From NCBI GenBank assembly GCA_963693055.1, contig OY843751.1, positions 4,032,001 to 4,096,000 on the forward strand: a stretch of DNA of 64,000 nt, read 5' to 3'. Positions within the stretch are counted from its first letter, which is position 1, and each line of letters begins with the position of its first letter. Both the position numbers and the translations under genes were made by a program. This document shows, in pieces, positions 29,708 through 40,148 of the stretch. Source of the DNA: a bacterium (GTDB lineage: Bacteria > Zhuqueibacterota > Zhuqueibacteria > Residuimicrobiales > Krinioviventaceae). Under the pieces are notes generated by a model. It searched no databases and was not told where the DNA came from. It worked only from the letters and a program-made list of their open reading frames with translations.

Positions 29708-31411
29708 TTACTTCATCAAGATCATTTTCTTGGTCTGGCTGAAATCACCCGCTTTGATCGAGTAAAAATAGACACCAGAAGAAAGTTCATTGGCATTAAC
29801 AGTAACAGTGTATCTTCCGCTAATCTGGTTACTGTTAACCAGAGTTTTAACTTTTTGACCCAGCGTATTATAAAGATCTATAGTTACCAAACCAGCTTTA
29901 GCAATACTATATTCTATTGTAGTAGTGGGGTTAAATGGGTTCGGATAGTTCTGGTTCAGGCTATAAGCTGCCGGAATAGCTGTATCATCATCGCCAATTG
30001 CTGTGCTTGCAGGAGTAACCACTGCAGAAGCACTATCACCAGGAATATAAACCCATGATGCGTTTGCCATAGAATCCCGTAATGCAGCAATGTATGTATC
30101 TCTGTTAGCTAAATAAGTAGCTTTAGCATCCGGGAACCAGTTCAAATCGCCAAGTGGTAATCCATCTGTACCGGCTGTTTGCAAATATGTATTTGTATAG
30201 CTCAAATCCATATCTGGGGGCCAGTTCAAAGTAGGTGTTCCATCCTCATTCCAGGTCACAGGAGGAGTAATACGCCAATCCGGGTAATGGTCCTCTTCTG
30301 TCCAATTAGCCAAACACCATCCCAGCATACTATCAATTTTACTAGGATTGTTAACAAACCGAGGATCAAATTGCCAATAATTTTTACCAACTGTAAAATT
30401 ATCATCTTCAGTAATAGTAGTATCAACACCGGTAGGCCACAAGACACTTTGAATAACTTTGTCAGAATCCGCTGCAACAGTGGGATTAATTGTATTGGTC
30501 CAATAATCCAGAAAAGTAGGATCCAGATAAAACAAATTATGGCCTTGATATACAGCAACAGAATCAAGTTTATTTTCTACATCATAAAAATGGTCCCATG
30601 TTGTAAAAGGTGCTTCATAGAAATTAGTCTTTAAAGTACGTCCTCTCCAACTCCAGTTATGATAAATATTGTTTGCCTGTAACGCTTCGAACCAATGAAG
30701 CTCATGACCGTTCACCTGTTGATTACAAACAGTATTATGAATTTCGGTCATTTTTGAAGTAAAAAAGTTTCCACCATTTCCCATCATTCTGGCTGCATTA
30801 AAAATGGTATTATTTTCAAAGGTTAACTGTAAACATTCAGCGTCCAAACGGAAGGGCATACCACCAAATGGTGAACTACCTCTTCGGTCGCCATTAATAA
30901 AAACACAGTCGGTAATAGTAATTTCTTCAGTGGCTCCTGTACTTCTGGTACAGTGATCTCTATGGTCGGTAAATGCGCAATTGTCCCAAACAATTTTATA
31001 ACCTGCAAGATTGCGAACAAATGATGATATATTTACATCATTGCCATGAAGTCCGGTTAACAGGATATTTCGCAGTACAACACTTCCACCCTGGTTCAGG
31101 TTAATCATGTCTCTTGCTGTACCTTCACTAGAGGGGGTTTGGAAAAATACAGGCGGGGTGGGATCATTTAATATCCAGCCATTATCGGGACCTTCTATTA
31201 CAAGATCAAAATCACAATCTAAAGAGCCGTCAAAGGCGTACCATGTACCTGCTTCAACTTTATAAACCGAATGTGCTTGTGAACCATCCGCAAGTGTGTC
31301 TGCAATAATTTGTGTGTTGACAAATTGCTGTGAATCAAGAGTCATTTCCTGTGCTACAACTGTTCCCAATCCAACAAATAACACAAATAATAATAGTACT
31401 AATTTTTTCAT
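29708..31411 (-). CDS. Secreted beta-helix-like protein with CTD, encoded directly downstream of the TonB receptor
   Basis: Signal peptide MKKLVLLL; GTDGLPLGDLNWFP motif; YPNPFNPTT CTD. Confidence 0.8.
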   Translation of the reverse strand: MKKLVLLLFVLFVGLGTVVAQEMTLDSQQFVNTQIIADTLADGSQAHSVYKVEAGTWYAFDGSLDCDFDLVIEGPDNGWILNDPTPPVFFQTPSSEGTARDMINLNQGGSVVLRNILLTGLHGNDVNISSFVRNLAGYKIVWDNCAFTDHRDHCTRSTGATEEITITDCVFINGDRRGSSPFGGMPFRLDAECLQLTFENNTIFNAARMMGNGGNFFTSKMTEIHNTVCNQQVNGHELHWFEALQANNIYHNWSWRGRTLKTNFYEAPFTTWDHFYDVENKLDSVAVYQGHNLFYLDPTFLDYWTNTINPTVAADSDKVIQSVLWPTGVDTTITEDDNFTVGKNYWQFDPRFVNNPSKIDSMLGWCLANWTEEDHYPDWRITPPVTWNEDGTPTLNWPPDMDLSYTNTYLQTAGTDGLPLGDLNWFPDAKATYLANRDTYIAALRDSMANASWVYIPGDSASAVVTPASTAIGDDDTAIPAAYSLNQNYPNPFNPTTTIEYSIAKAGLVTIDLYNTLGQKVKTLVNSNQISGRYTVTVNANELSSGVYFYSIKAGDFSQTKKMILMK

Positions 31412-31525
31412 CCTAACCTCCAAAAATTTATAACATCTGTGAATTATAAAACAACAGTATATTTAATAAATTATGTCATATATCACCTCCTAATGGCTAT
31501 TATTTTGCGAAAAAGTTTTGTTTTC

Positions 31526-34500
31526 TTAAAACGTATAACGAATCCCAAAATCTGCTGTCCTTCCATAGTATTCTACAGAAGACAATTTTTCCAAAACACT
31601 GGTAAATTGACGATCCGGCCTGTCAGTAATATTATTAACATTTAGATACAGTTGTAATCCATCTACCCAAGGAAGCTTTTGGTATGCTGTAAAATCCCAT
31701 CTGTAATAAGCGGCTGTGTAGGAATCAAGTTCTTCATAAGTTGTATGTGCGGTTCTAAAAACATTATCCTGATACAAGAATGATACTCTTGCAGAAAAGC
31801 CACCTATATCATACCCCATTGTCAGGTTGAGGATATCATCTGGCTGATCGATCAACCTGCCGGTTCGTACCGTATCTACAGTACTATATTTATAAAAGGG
31901 GAAACTACCTGTTCTTGTAGTATAGTAGTAGGGATAATGTGTTTCAGATTTGATGTGTGTATAATTAACGTTTAAAACCAAACCTTTTAATTTTGAGGGG
32001 AGGTACCAAAAGTGGGTTTGCCAATCTAATTCAATACCCTTTACATAAGAAGTTTCCTCTAAATTCGTCCAGGTATAAATTGTTGTAGGATCTCCTGTTT
32101 GGATCAATGGATACCTGTTGTTAATCTTTTCAGAGTCCTTTGTATAATATTTAATAGAAGTAATTAAATTATCAATTTCTTTATAAAAGAATCCCGCTGT
32201 AAACAATCCGATAAAATTCTGATAAACTGAAGCATAAATATCGTAATTTTGAGTTAACGCGGGTTTAATATAAGGATTACCCAAACGTAATATTGGAGAG
32301 CTATATGTATCAATAAACAAATATGGAGAAACAGCACGGTAATCCGGATAAATTATACTTTTTGTGCTTGCTAAACGAAGATCCAGCCAATCTGTTGGTT
32401 TGATACGCAGGTGCATTTGCGGGAACCAGTTATCACCTTTTGTTGAATCCCAATGCACAGGTTTATGGTCATAATAATACTCGCCCGGTGTTGTCAGACG
32501 ACCAAATACATACGTGGAATCTGCCGTATAATCAAAATTAAAATTTTCGTATCTTACACCTGGCATAAATGTAATATATTTGCCAAAATTTAATTCCGAC
32601 ATGAGGTAAAAGGCATAATAATCACGTGTATAATTATAATCATATTGTGTTGATTCTTGTGGTGATCGGAGATAGTAGCCAGACTCTTTGGCCAACTCTT
32701 CCAAATGATTCATTTTCCAAATTGAAATTTTGTTATAAAAGATATCACCATTAACGCCCTCATTACCTGAGAGAAAATCACCAATATCATAGTTCGGATC
32801 TTCAAATAAAGGAGCAACAATTCCATTATCATCTTTTTCCATGCCCAGATCCGGCCATAATTTTTCCCTTAAAAGGGTATTAAAATCAAGTGAAAGACCT
32901 CCCCTATCCGTATCTATTCCCCACTGGGTCTCGTCATTTTCTCTTTTGTTTCGAACATACTTGCCGCCAAACTTGACATTTCCCGCCAGGTAATTTGTAA
33001 AAGTGAATGGTACTTTAAAGTTAAGCAGTGCAGATTGGGCAGTTTCATCAACATTTCGTTCAAGAGTGGTTGTACCGGTTGATATTTTATCTTTATCCAA
33101 AACGGTAACAGAATTCAAGAATGTACTGGGTGACATATTTTTAAGATCAGAAGCATCACTTTCCAATCCCTGAACACCACCAGATCTTGTTCTAATATCC
33201 ATCCTCAAATCACCAGGATTACTTTGCTTCGATATAGAATTTGACAATGAAAAATCCATATTGATATTAAAAAAATCAAATTCACCCTGCAGAGCATTAC
33301 TAATTACAGTATTATCAAATTCCCTGTCTGCTGCAAATCCCCTCCAATCATATGCAGTAGTAAAATAATTTTGCTGTTCTATTTGGTGTTGATACAGATT
33401 GCTAATAAAATTGTTCATGATTAACGAACCAGTAGAGAATTCATAATCCAAAACCAGACCACCGCCCATTCTCTTTCTTTCCGTATCATAATCGCTAATA
33501 GTAACCTCAGACAGGTAAACCGGAATCAAGCCACCAACCGTTATCTCTTCTTCATCTGTTGCATATTTAGCAGTTAATTTATCAGCGCCTCTGTCAAATC
33601 TGTCAATAAAACCAGAAACTTGAACGCCCAACTTTTTATTAAAAAAGCGGTTGCTCAGCAAGCCTGTACCCCTATAATTTCCATAAGTACCAGCCACAGA
33701 ACCATATCCACCTTGAACGGAAAAGTTTTTACGAAATCCTTCTTTAGCTTTACCAATTTTAAGATTAACCATACCACCAACAGCATCGGCATCCATATCT
33801 GCAGTCAATGCTTTGGTAACCTCAATACCTTCAAGAATATTGGGTGCAATCATATTCAGATCCACACTACGATCATCACGATCAGTGGATTGCATGCGAA
33901 CATTGTTTACCATCATCACATTGTATTTTGGAGACATACCGCGAATGGTAACTTTTTGCCCTTCACCACCACTTCTAACGATGGAAATTCCGGGTAAACG
34001 GCCAACAGATTCTGCCGCATTAACATCGGGCACTTCCTGAATCCGGTCAGCGGCAACAACATTTGTTATAGTGCGTGAAGATATTTGCTGGTTGATGGCA
34101 GCCATTTGGCCTTCAGCCTGTGCAGTAATCTCAACCGCTTCACCTGTAAGTGTTTCATATTCGAGTTCTATATCCTTTGTAATACTCCTCCCAGGTAAAA
34201 TCTGCACGGTTACATTTGCATCTTTATAACCAATGTATTTAACAACAATAACAAAGGTACCTACAGATATACGGGGAATAACATATTCTCCTTGCATATT
34301 TGTAGCGGCACCAATACTTGTACCTTCAATAAAAACATTGGCGCCTGGTAATGGGTCACCTGTAACCTTGTCTATTACCTTGCCTGAAATTTTTGAACTG
34401 GTTTTTTGAGAGGAGCCACCCCCAGCTTGTCCGGCTTCACGGGATATTGCGACATTTCCACCTTTAGTAAACTGTAAAGACATACCGGTATTTTTCAATA

Positions 34501-34807
34501 TACCGAGTAATGCTTCCAGAACATATACATCATCTAATTGAACATTAACCTTTTTTTCAGATGGAATAATGGATCTGTTATAATTCAGGTTCAGGCTATG
34601 ATCCATGTCCAGCGTATTTAACGCTAATTCAAGAGGTACATCCTGAAAATCTATACTTGTCTTTTCCAGTAAAGCTACCGGCATGAGTTGCCCTGTATAT
34701 TTATAGATATCAATATTACTATTGTTATCTATATTCTCCTGAGCCAAAATACTAAAATTTAGAATCAGAAATTGAATCAAGAATAGAATTATACTTTTGC
34801 GAACCAT
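31526..34807 (-). CDS. TonB-dependent receptor with N-terminal signalling extension and carboxypeptidase-like domain
   Basis: GKVIDKVTGDPLPGANV, plug AAESVGRLPGI...IEVTKALTADMDADAVGG.VNL, C-terminal GIRYTF. Confidence 0.93.
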   Translation of the reverse strand: MVRKSIILFLIQFLILNFSILAQENIDNNSNIDIYKYTGQLMPVALLEKTSIDFQDVPLELALNTLDMDHSLNLNYNRSIIPSEKKVNVQLDDVYVLEALLGILKNTGMSLQFTKGGNVAISREAGQAGGGSSQKTSSKISGKVIDKVTGDPLPGANVFIEGTSIGAATNMQGEYVIPRISVGTFVIVVKYIGYKDANVTVQILPGRSITKDIELEYETLTGEAVEITAQAEGQMAAINQQISSRTITNVVAADRIQEVPDVNAAESVGRLPGISIVRSGGEGQKVTIRGMSPKYNVMMVNNVRMQSTDRDDRSVDLNMIAPNILEGIEVTKALTADMDADAVGGMVNLKIGKAKEGFRKNFSVQGGYGSVAGTYGNYRGTGLLSNRFFNKKLGVQVSGFIDRFDRGADKLTAKYATDEEEITVGGLIPVYLSEVTISDYDTERKRMGGGLVLDYEFSTGSLIMNNFISNLYQHQIEQQNYFTTAYDWRGFAADREFDNTVISNALQGEFDFFNINMDFSLSNSISKQSNPGDLRMDIRTRSGGVQGLESDASDLKNMSPSTFLNSVTVLDKDKISTGTTTLERNVDETAQSALLNFKVPFTFTNYLAGNVKFGGKYVRNKRENDETQWGIDTDRGGLSLDFNTLLREKLWPDLGMEKDDNGIVAPLFEDPNYDIGDFLSGNEGVNGDIFYNKISIWKMNHLEELAKESGYYLRSPQESTQYDYNYTRDYYAFYLMSELNFGKYITFMPGVRYENFNFDYTADSTYVFGRLTTPGEYYYDHKPVHWDSTKGDNWFPQMHLRIKPTDWLDLRLASTKSIIYPDYRAVSPYLFIDTYSSPILRLGNPYIKPALTQNYDIYASVYQNFIGLFTAGFFYKEIDNLITSIKYYTKDSEKINNRYPLIQTGDPTTIYTWTNLEETSYVKGIELDWQTHFWYLPSKLKGLVLNVNYTHIKSETHYPYYYTTRTGSFPFYKYSTVDTVRTGRLIDQPDDILNLTMGYDIGGFSARVSFLYQDNVFRTAHTTYEELDSYTAAYYRWDFTAYQKLPWVDGLQLYLNVNNITDRPDRQFTSVLEKLSSVEYYGRTADFGIRYTF

Positions 34808-34835
34808 TTAATAACCTCCGATAAATGTTATTACT

Positions 34836-35882
34836 TTAGAAAAACTCGATAAGCCTTCCATTACGGTTTACGTTGGTAGATGTCACTACTGAAATTACCC
34901 GTATAACTTCTTCGACATTCGCTCCACGGATATGTACGGAAATGATTTGATCTAGTGCCTTGGGGTCACGAAAGGAAAATTGGTAGTCGTACCAGCGTTC
35001 AAGTTGAGTTACAACTTCACTTACTTTACTATTAACAAAATGAACTTCATTTTGCATCCATCTAAAATATCGTTCAGCATCAATATTATAAAGATGTGTG
35101 AGAGGACCAGTTAAGGGTACGGTACTCTGTTCATTTTTTGTCAATATAACAGTATTTTCATCCCGGGTAGAATCAGTACGGCTAACAAGGACCTTTCCTT
35201 CAGCAACAGTGATAACAACATCGGGATTTGTTTCCCATGACCTCACATTAAACCGGGTACCAACTACTCGAACAACCGCATGTTCTGCATGCACATAAAA
35301 AGGTTTATTTTCATCATGTGCTACATTAAAGCAGGCTTCACCTTTGAGATACACATGTCTTTCATCTTCATATTTGGTAAAATATTTAATTTCACTACCA
35401 GCATCTACAGTCACCAAACTGCCGTCTGGTAGAGTAATATTTTGCCTTTCCCCGTTTTTCACTTTTACAGTTTGAAACTCTTTAACAATTGCATTGGTTT
35501 GCTGCTGCCAGGGTAATTTTGAAAACCCATTTGAAAAGAAATAAGGCAGGGATATTGCAAAAATAAAAATTGCCGCATAACGTAAAAACTGCAAAGACCG
35601 TCTGGGTTTATGATTATGGACATGAAAATATTTATTCTTGTCCTGCTTTTTATAAAATGATTTTGCGTTTTCCAAAACAATACGTTTCTCAAGCTGCTTC
35701 CACATCTCATTGGTATCAATAAATCTTGATGGATTCTCTTGTAGATTTGTTGAAATTTTTAGTTTCCTTATGGCTTTTGCAAAATCCGGATCAGATTTTA
35801 TACGATCTTCTATTAACTTTTTTTCTTCAGGGTTACATTCTTTTGCAATATACATCGCTATCAGTCTAGAGTCTATGTGCAC
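34836..35882 (-). CDS. FecR-family anti-sigma factor
   Basis: TM helix; LPDGS.V.VDAGS, L.GEACFNV, VRVVGTRFNV, LERWYD. Confidence 0.92.
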   Translation of the reverse strand: MHIDSRLIAMYIAKECNPEEKKLIEDRIKSDPDFAKAIRKLKISTNLQENPSRFIDTNEMWKQLEKRIVLENAKSFYKKQDKNKYFHVHNHKPRRSLQFLRYAAIFIFAISLPYFFSNGFSKLPWQQQTNAIVKEFQTVKVKNGERQNITLPDGSLVTVDAGSEIKYFTKYEDERHVYLKGEACFNVAHDENKPFYVHAEHAVVRVVGTRFNVRSWETNPDVVITVAEGKVLVSRTDSTRDENTVILTKNEQSTVPLTGPLTHLYNIDAERYFRWMQNEVHFVNSKVSEVVTQLERWYDYQFSFRDPKALDQIISVHIRGANVEEVIRVISVVTSTNVNRNGRLIEFF

Positions 35883-36065
35883 TTTAACCTCATTTGTTGT
35901 AACAGATTATATAATCATTTGATATCATATATAAAACAACTCAAACGCACGATACCCCTATGCGTTTAAGAATATTTTTTACTTTCAGGTGAATTAAATC
36001 GGGATTATAAAATTAATTATCAGGGGATGTTTGGTTTTGTAAAGGAATACTAAAACGTTTAAGGA

Positions 36066-36620
36066 TTAAAAACAAATAAATACAAAATATGCCAATTCTG
36101 AAAGATTCTTTTTTAAAATTTTGAGGGCTTTTCCCATCTGGTTTTCAACAGTCTTTACCGATATCCCTAAAATCTTGGCGATTTCTGCATAGGTGAGATG
36201 ATCATTTCTACTCATGAGAAAAATTATACGGCATTTTTCAGGCAAATTGTGTATTACTCTATTAACACTTTTCTCCATTTCGCAAAGGTCAAATTCTGTT
36301 TCAGGAGTATTGAAATCCGTCTCAATAATCGTGATTTTTTCTTTATAATCACGTTCAATTTTGGAATGTTTAACAGAATTGATCGCTTTGTTTTTAACTG
36401 AGGTATAAAGATATGTTTTGATATTGCCGGAAAAATCAAGATTTTCACGGTTCATCCAGACGTTTAAAAAGACATCCTGAACAATATTCTCCGCAAGGTC
36501 AAGATCATATAAAAATTTGTTTGCAAATAACACCAATGGCTTGAAAAATTGTCGAAATAAATTCTCAAATTCTTCCATATCCCCCAAGTGGCCCTGTTTT
36601 TCTATCCTAACCGGAAACAA
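36066..36620 (-). CDS. ECF sigma-70 factor
   Basis: AENIVQDVFLNVW, YLYTSVKN, LPEKCRIIF, TYAEIAKILGISVKTVENQM; exact start uncertain. Confidence 0.92.
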   Translation of the reverse strand: MFPVRIEKQGHLGDMEEFENLFRQFFKPLVLFANKFLYDLDLAENIVQDVFLNVWMNRENLDFSGNIKTYLYTSVKNKAINSVKHSKIERDYKEKITIIETDFNTPETEFDLCEMEKSVNRVIHNLPEKCRIIFLMSRNDHLTYAEIAKILGISVKTVENQMGKALKILKKNLSELAYFVFICF

Positions 36621-36773
36621 ATTATCATCAAAACTTTACAAGTAGTTACAATGATTTACATTTTCAATTTATTAATAAAAATTTAATATGCAAATACTTT
36701 TATTTACATTTTCTTAATAATGGTCAAATTAACTATTAATAACAAACGGATCTAAACTATTCTATTCATAAAA

Positions 36774-38903
36774 TTACTCTTGTTCATCTCTTGTTTTTAT
36801 GGCATCTAAAACCCGTTCCGGAATCATGGGCAACGTGTGCATCCTTATACCTATGGCATCGCTTACCGCATTGGCTATTACTGCTCCGCTGGTGGTAATT
36901 GCCGGTTCGCCACAGCCCTGCGGGGCAAGCTCGGGATTATCAATCAATATTGCTTCAACAACAGGCGCCCAACTGAATCGGGTGATTGAGTAGGTGTCAA
37001 AATTTTCGGTAAGAATCTCACCACCATTGAATTCAATTTCTTCACCCAAACAATACCCAATTCCCATGGTAATGCCACCTTCCATTTGAAGCCTGGCTCC
37101 CAATGGATTAATAATCTCACCCATGTCCTGCGCGCTTACCACGCGTTTGACTGTTACAACTCCTGTTCTTTCATCCACCTCTACCTCTGCCATTGTTGCA
37201 ACATAGGTATTGAGATAATCCGTACAGGCAATGCCGTATCCCTTTCCGCTGGGACCTTTGTAAAATGTTTTACCAAATTGATCGGCTGCGGCTTTTAACA
37301 CCCGCACCATCCGCTTATCCGACAAATTTTTCAATCGAAAGCTGAGAGGGTCCATTCCTGCCTCCCAGGCCATCACATCGGTATGCGATTCCATGGCAAA
37401 GACATTGGTATTGCTGCCGGGACCTCGCCATGCCCCGGTATCGAATGGATGTACATCACTGGCCCGGTTGGATAAAACACGATAATGGGGTATATCATAA
37501 ATGGGTTCTGCGCTACGGTTACCGGGATAATAGTGATCAAAATCCCAAAACGTGATTCGCCCCCGTTCATCAATTCCGGAGCGGGCATGAATGACTGCCG
37601 CAGGTCTGAACGCATCGTAGAAAAACTCTTCTTTGCGGTTAAAAGCAATCTGTACGGGTTTACCGGTAATTTGGGCCAATTGAGCAGCTTCAGTTATTTC
37701 AGTACCGGACTTTTTACCGCCAAATCCACCACCAATAAAAGGTGCACGCAAATGCACCTGTTCCGGTTTAACGTTAAGGATATCTGCAATTTTCTCCTGT
37801 ACACGGAATGGTGTTTGAGAAGAACACCAAACATCAATCATGTCAGCATTCACATCAACCAGGACGGTATGGGTTTCTATGGGTGCATGCGCAACATAGT
37901 GGTTATAATATGTTTCATCAAAAGTCTTGTCGCTTTTTGCACCTGCAATATCTCCTTTTTCTGTAACCGGTCTTTTTTCCGATTCCAGATTCAATAAATG
38001 ATCAAAAACCGTTTCATTATTCAATTCACTGGCAGGGCTATCATACTCTGCCATTACAAGATCAATGGCCTTTTCTGCCATGTCCGGCTGTTCATGCAAT
38101 ACGGCTATCAGACCATTCTGCTCTACAACGATCACACCGGAGACTGCCTTTGCCTGCGTGGTATCCACTGATTTCAATTTTGCAGCATGAGACGGGGGAC
38201 GTAAAACTCTGGCGTAGAGCATACCGGGTAAACGAATGTCCCCGGCAAATTTGGCGGCACCGGTCACTTTATCCCGGATATCGGAGCGTCTGACAGGTTT
38301 TCCGGATACCTTGTGCTCGCTAAAATGCTTGATTTTTGATTCCGCGTTGCGTTCAATACGCTGACCCTGAGCCAGCTCGGCATAAGACATGGATTTATCC
38401 GAATCTGATTTTACAGAGACCACGCCTTTGTCTACCCAAAGATCCTCCACCGGGACACCCAGCTTTTCTGATGCCAGCTGCATCAGCACTGCTCTGGCTT
38501 CCGCACCCGCTCGACGAAGCGCGGGACCAAACACTTTGGTGCTTCGGGATCCTGTGGTACCACCATCCCAGGGACACAACAATGTATCACCCATTACCAT
38601 ATCCACCTGGTCAAGCGCAACATCCAGTTCTTCTGCCAGCATTTGTGCCAGAGAGGTTATTATGCCCTGTCCCATTTCAATTTTGCCTGTATAGCAACTC
38701 ACCCGGCCATCTGTACCAATGAGCAGGTACGCATTAAAATCACTGGGGTATCTCCTGCGGTTTCCCTGCCCTACAGTAATGGTTGGATATAGCGAAAACA
38801 AAATAGCAATGCCGCCACTGGTTTGGATAAACTTTCTACGATCAATTTTTTGTGCATGTAATAATTCATCTAAAAGTGATGCAGAAATATTTTCATTTTT
38901 CAT
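36774..38903 (-). CDS. iorB: Isoquinoline 1-oxidoreductase beta-like molybdopterin subunit
   Basis: DRRKF twin-Arg, EMGQG..TSLAQMLAEEL, GGGFGGK, GAWRGPG, QMEGG, GCGEP. Confidence 0.85.
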   Translation of the reverse strand: MKNENISASLLDELLHAQKIDRRKFIQTSGGIAILFSLYPTITVGQGNRRRYPSDFNAYLLIGTDGRVSCYTGKIEMGQGIITSLAQMLAEELDVALDQVDMVMGDTLLCPWDGGTTGSRSTKVFGPALRRAGAEARAVLMQLASEKLGVPVEDLWVDKGVVSVKSDSDKSMSYAELAQGQRIERNAESKIKHFSEHKVSGKPVRRSDIRDKVTGAAKFAGDIRLPGMLYARVLRPPSHAAKLKSVDTTQAKAVSGVIVVEQNGLIAVLHEQPDMAEKAIDLVMAEYDSPASELNNETVFDHLLNLESEKRPVTEKGDIAGAKSDKTFDETYYNHYVAHAPIETHTVLVDVNADMIDVWCSSQTPFRVQEKIADILNVKPEQVHLRAPFIGGGFGGKKSGTEITEAAQLAQITGKPVQIAFNRKEEFFYDAFRPAAVIHARSGIDERGRITFWDFDHYYPGNRSAEPIYDIPHYRVLSNRASDVHPFDTGAWRGPGSNTNVFAMESHTDVMAWEAGMDPLSFRLKNLSDKRMVRVLKAAADQFGKTFYKGPSGKGYGIACTDYLNTYVATMAEVEVDERTGVVTVKRVVSAQDMGEIINPLGARLQMEGGITMGIGYCLGEEIEFNGGEILTENFDTYSITRFSWAPVVEAILIDNPELAPQGCGEPAITTSGAVIANAVSDAIGIRMHTLPMIPERVLDAIKTRDEQE

Positions 38904-39382
38904 CGCACACCTCCTTTACGCATTTCATTTGCAGCAGCAGAAATTGCCTGTACAATGCGTTTATACGATCCACAGCGACAGAGATTGTCATCCATACCCG
39001 CAATAATCTCTTTTTCAGACGCAGAGGGATTTTCCATCAACAGGCTGTAAGCATTCAGGATCATACCGGGTGTGCAGAATCCACACTGGACCGCGTCATG
39101 TACAATAAAAGCTTTTTGCAGGGGATGAAGACTGTCATTTTGAGATAGGCCTTCAATTGTAATGACAGATTTGGATTGAAGCGATTTTATGGGTGTTTGG
39201 CATGAACGCACTGCACGGTCATTAACAAGGACGGTGCATGAGCCGCAAAGTCCCTCACCGCAGCCGAATTTAGTACCGGTAAGTTCAAACTCGGTCCGCA
39301 ATACCCACAACAGACTGCGGCTGCTGTCTGTTGTAATTGAAACTGATTTTCCATTCAAGGTTAAATTTTTAGTTTCATTCAT
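38900..39382 (-). CDS. iorA: (2Fe-2S) subunit, IorA/CoxS family
   Basis: GTKFGCGEGLCGSC, QCGFCTPG, NLCRC; ATGA overlap with iorB. Confidence 0.9.
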   Translation of the reverse strand: MNETKNLTLNGKSVSITTDSSRSLLWVLRTEFELTGTKFGCGEGLCGSCTVLVNDRAVRSCQTPIKSLQSKSVITIEGLSQNDSLHPLQKAFIVHDAVQCGFCTPGMILNAYSLLMENPSASEKEIIAGMDDNLCRCGSYKRIVQAISAAANEMRKGGVR

Positions 39383-39542
39383 GGTGTGCTCCTGTAAAAT
39401 GACAAGAACGTTACCGTAAGCATAAAAGAAAGGTATATTTTAGTATAACAGAAATAGAACAAATGCACAATAGTAAAATGCACAAGGATTTGGCTTATCG
39501 CTGGATTTAACGGTAAAAGGATACTGAATAAATGATAAATCA

Positions 39543-39900
39543 TCTGAATCAGGACCCTGATTAAAGGATTTACCTGATTTACCTTGATTAGAACATATTT
39601 GATCGCCGGGTACATTTGTGCCCAGCGGTTTTTTAGAGCAGGACTTGAGTCCTGCATAATGCATGCAGGGACAAATGTCCCAAGTAATACTCTCTCCTGT
39701 CTGAATTAGGATGCATAGGATTCAAGGATGAACAGGATGGGGGAATATCCGCTTTTTTTATTCTCGTGCCCTGGCTCTGCCTGGACACGCAATAAACTGA
39801 TTTTTGGGTTCCGCGGCAGAGCCACGGAACCAGGAATCTATCACCGGCCCTTCGATACTCTCGTGAGCTTGACGCTTACTCGAACTCAGGGCACGGTTCT
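39543..39900. repeat. Composite REP-like cluster (at least four families)
   Basis: TCTGAAT(C/T)AGGA 9-mer arrays; CCGGGTAC...GTGCCCAG; GCAGGACT..AGTCCTGC; GGCTCTGCC/GGCAGAGCC pair; CCCTTCGATAC...ACTCAGGG. Confidence 0.65.
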
Positions 39901-39928
39901 GTGCTCTTTTATCGCTTCTCAAGCTTTT

Positions 39929-40066
39929 ACTGAAGACTGATTACTGACTACTGATAACTCCATACTTACAGCTAATAGCTTATAGCTATAGCCCATTTCA
40001 CCTGATAACTGATAACTGATAACTGATAACTGATAACTGATAACTGATAACTGACAACTGACAACT
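39929..40066 (+). repeat. Heptamer tandem repeat CTGAYAA
   Basis: 7x CTGATAA plus 2x CTGACAA at 40002-40064, with degenerate units upstream. Confidence 0.9.
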
Positions 40067-40081
40067 CTAAACAGATACCTC

Positions 40082-40133
40082 TTGACAAACACATGTAAAA
40101 TTATTATATTCATTGAATGAAATTTCAATCAAT
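40082..40133 (+). promoter_or_regulatory. sigma70 promoter plus probable TetR operator
   Basis: TTGACA-N17-TATATT at 40082-40110; palindrome ATTGAATGAAA/TTTCAATCAAT at 40112-40133 (1 mismatch). Confidence 0.75.
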
Positions 40134-40148
40134 AATCAGGAATTAATT

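Noticed and set aside
39379-39940. Short ORFs upstream of iorA
   Set aside because: They lie over repeat clusters, have no RBS or recognisable motifs, and show repeat-derived composition.
39919-40128. ORF with SVISYQL repeats (also 25178-25384 and 41921-42151)
   Set aside because: Translation of the CTGATAA heptamer tract; overlaps promoter or repeat DNA.
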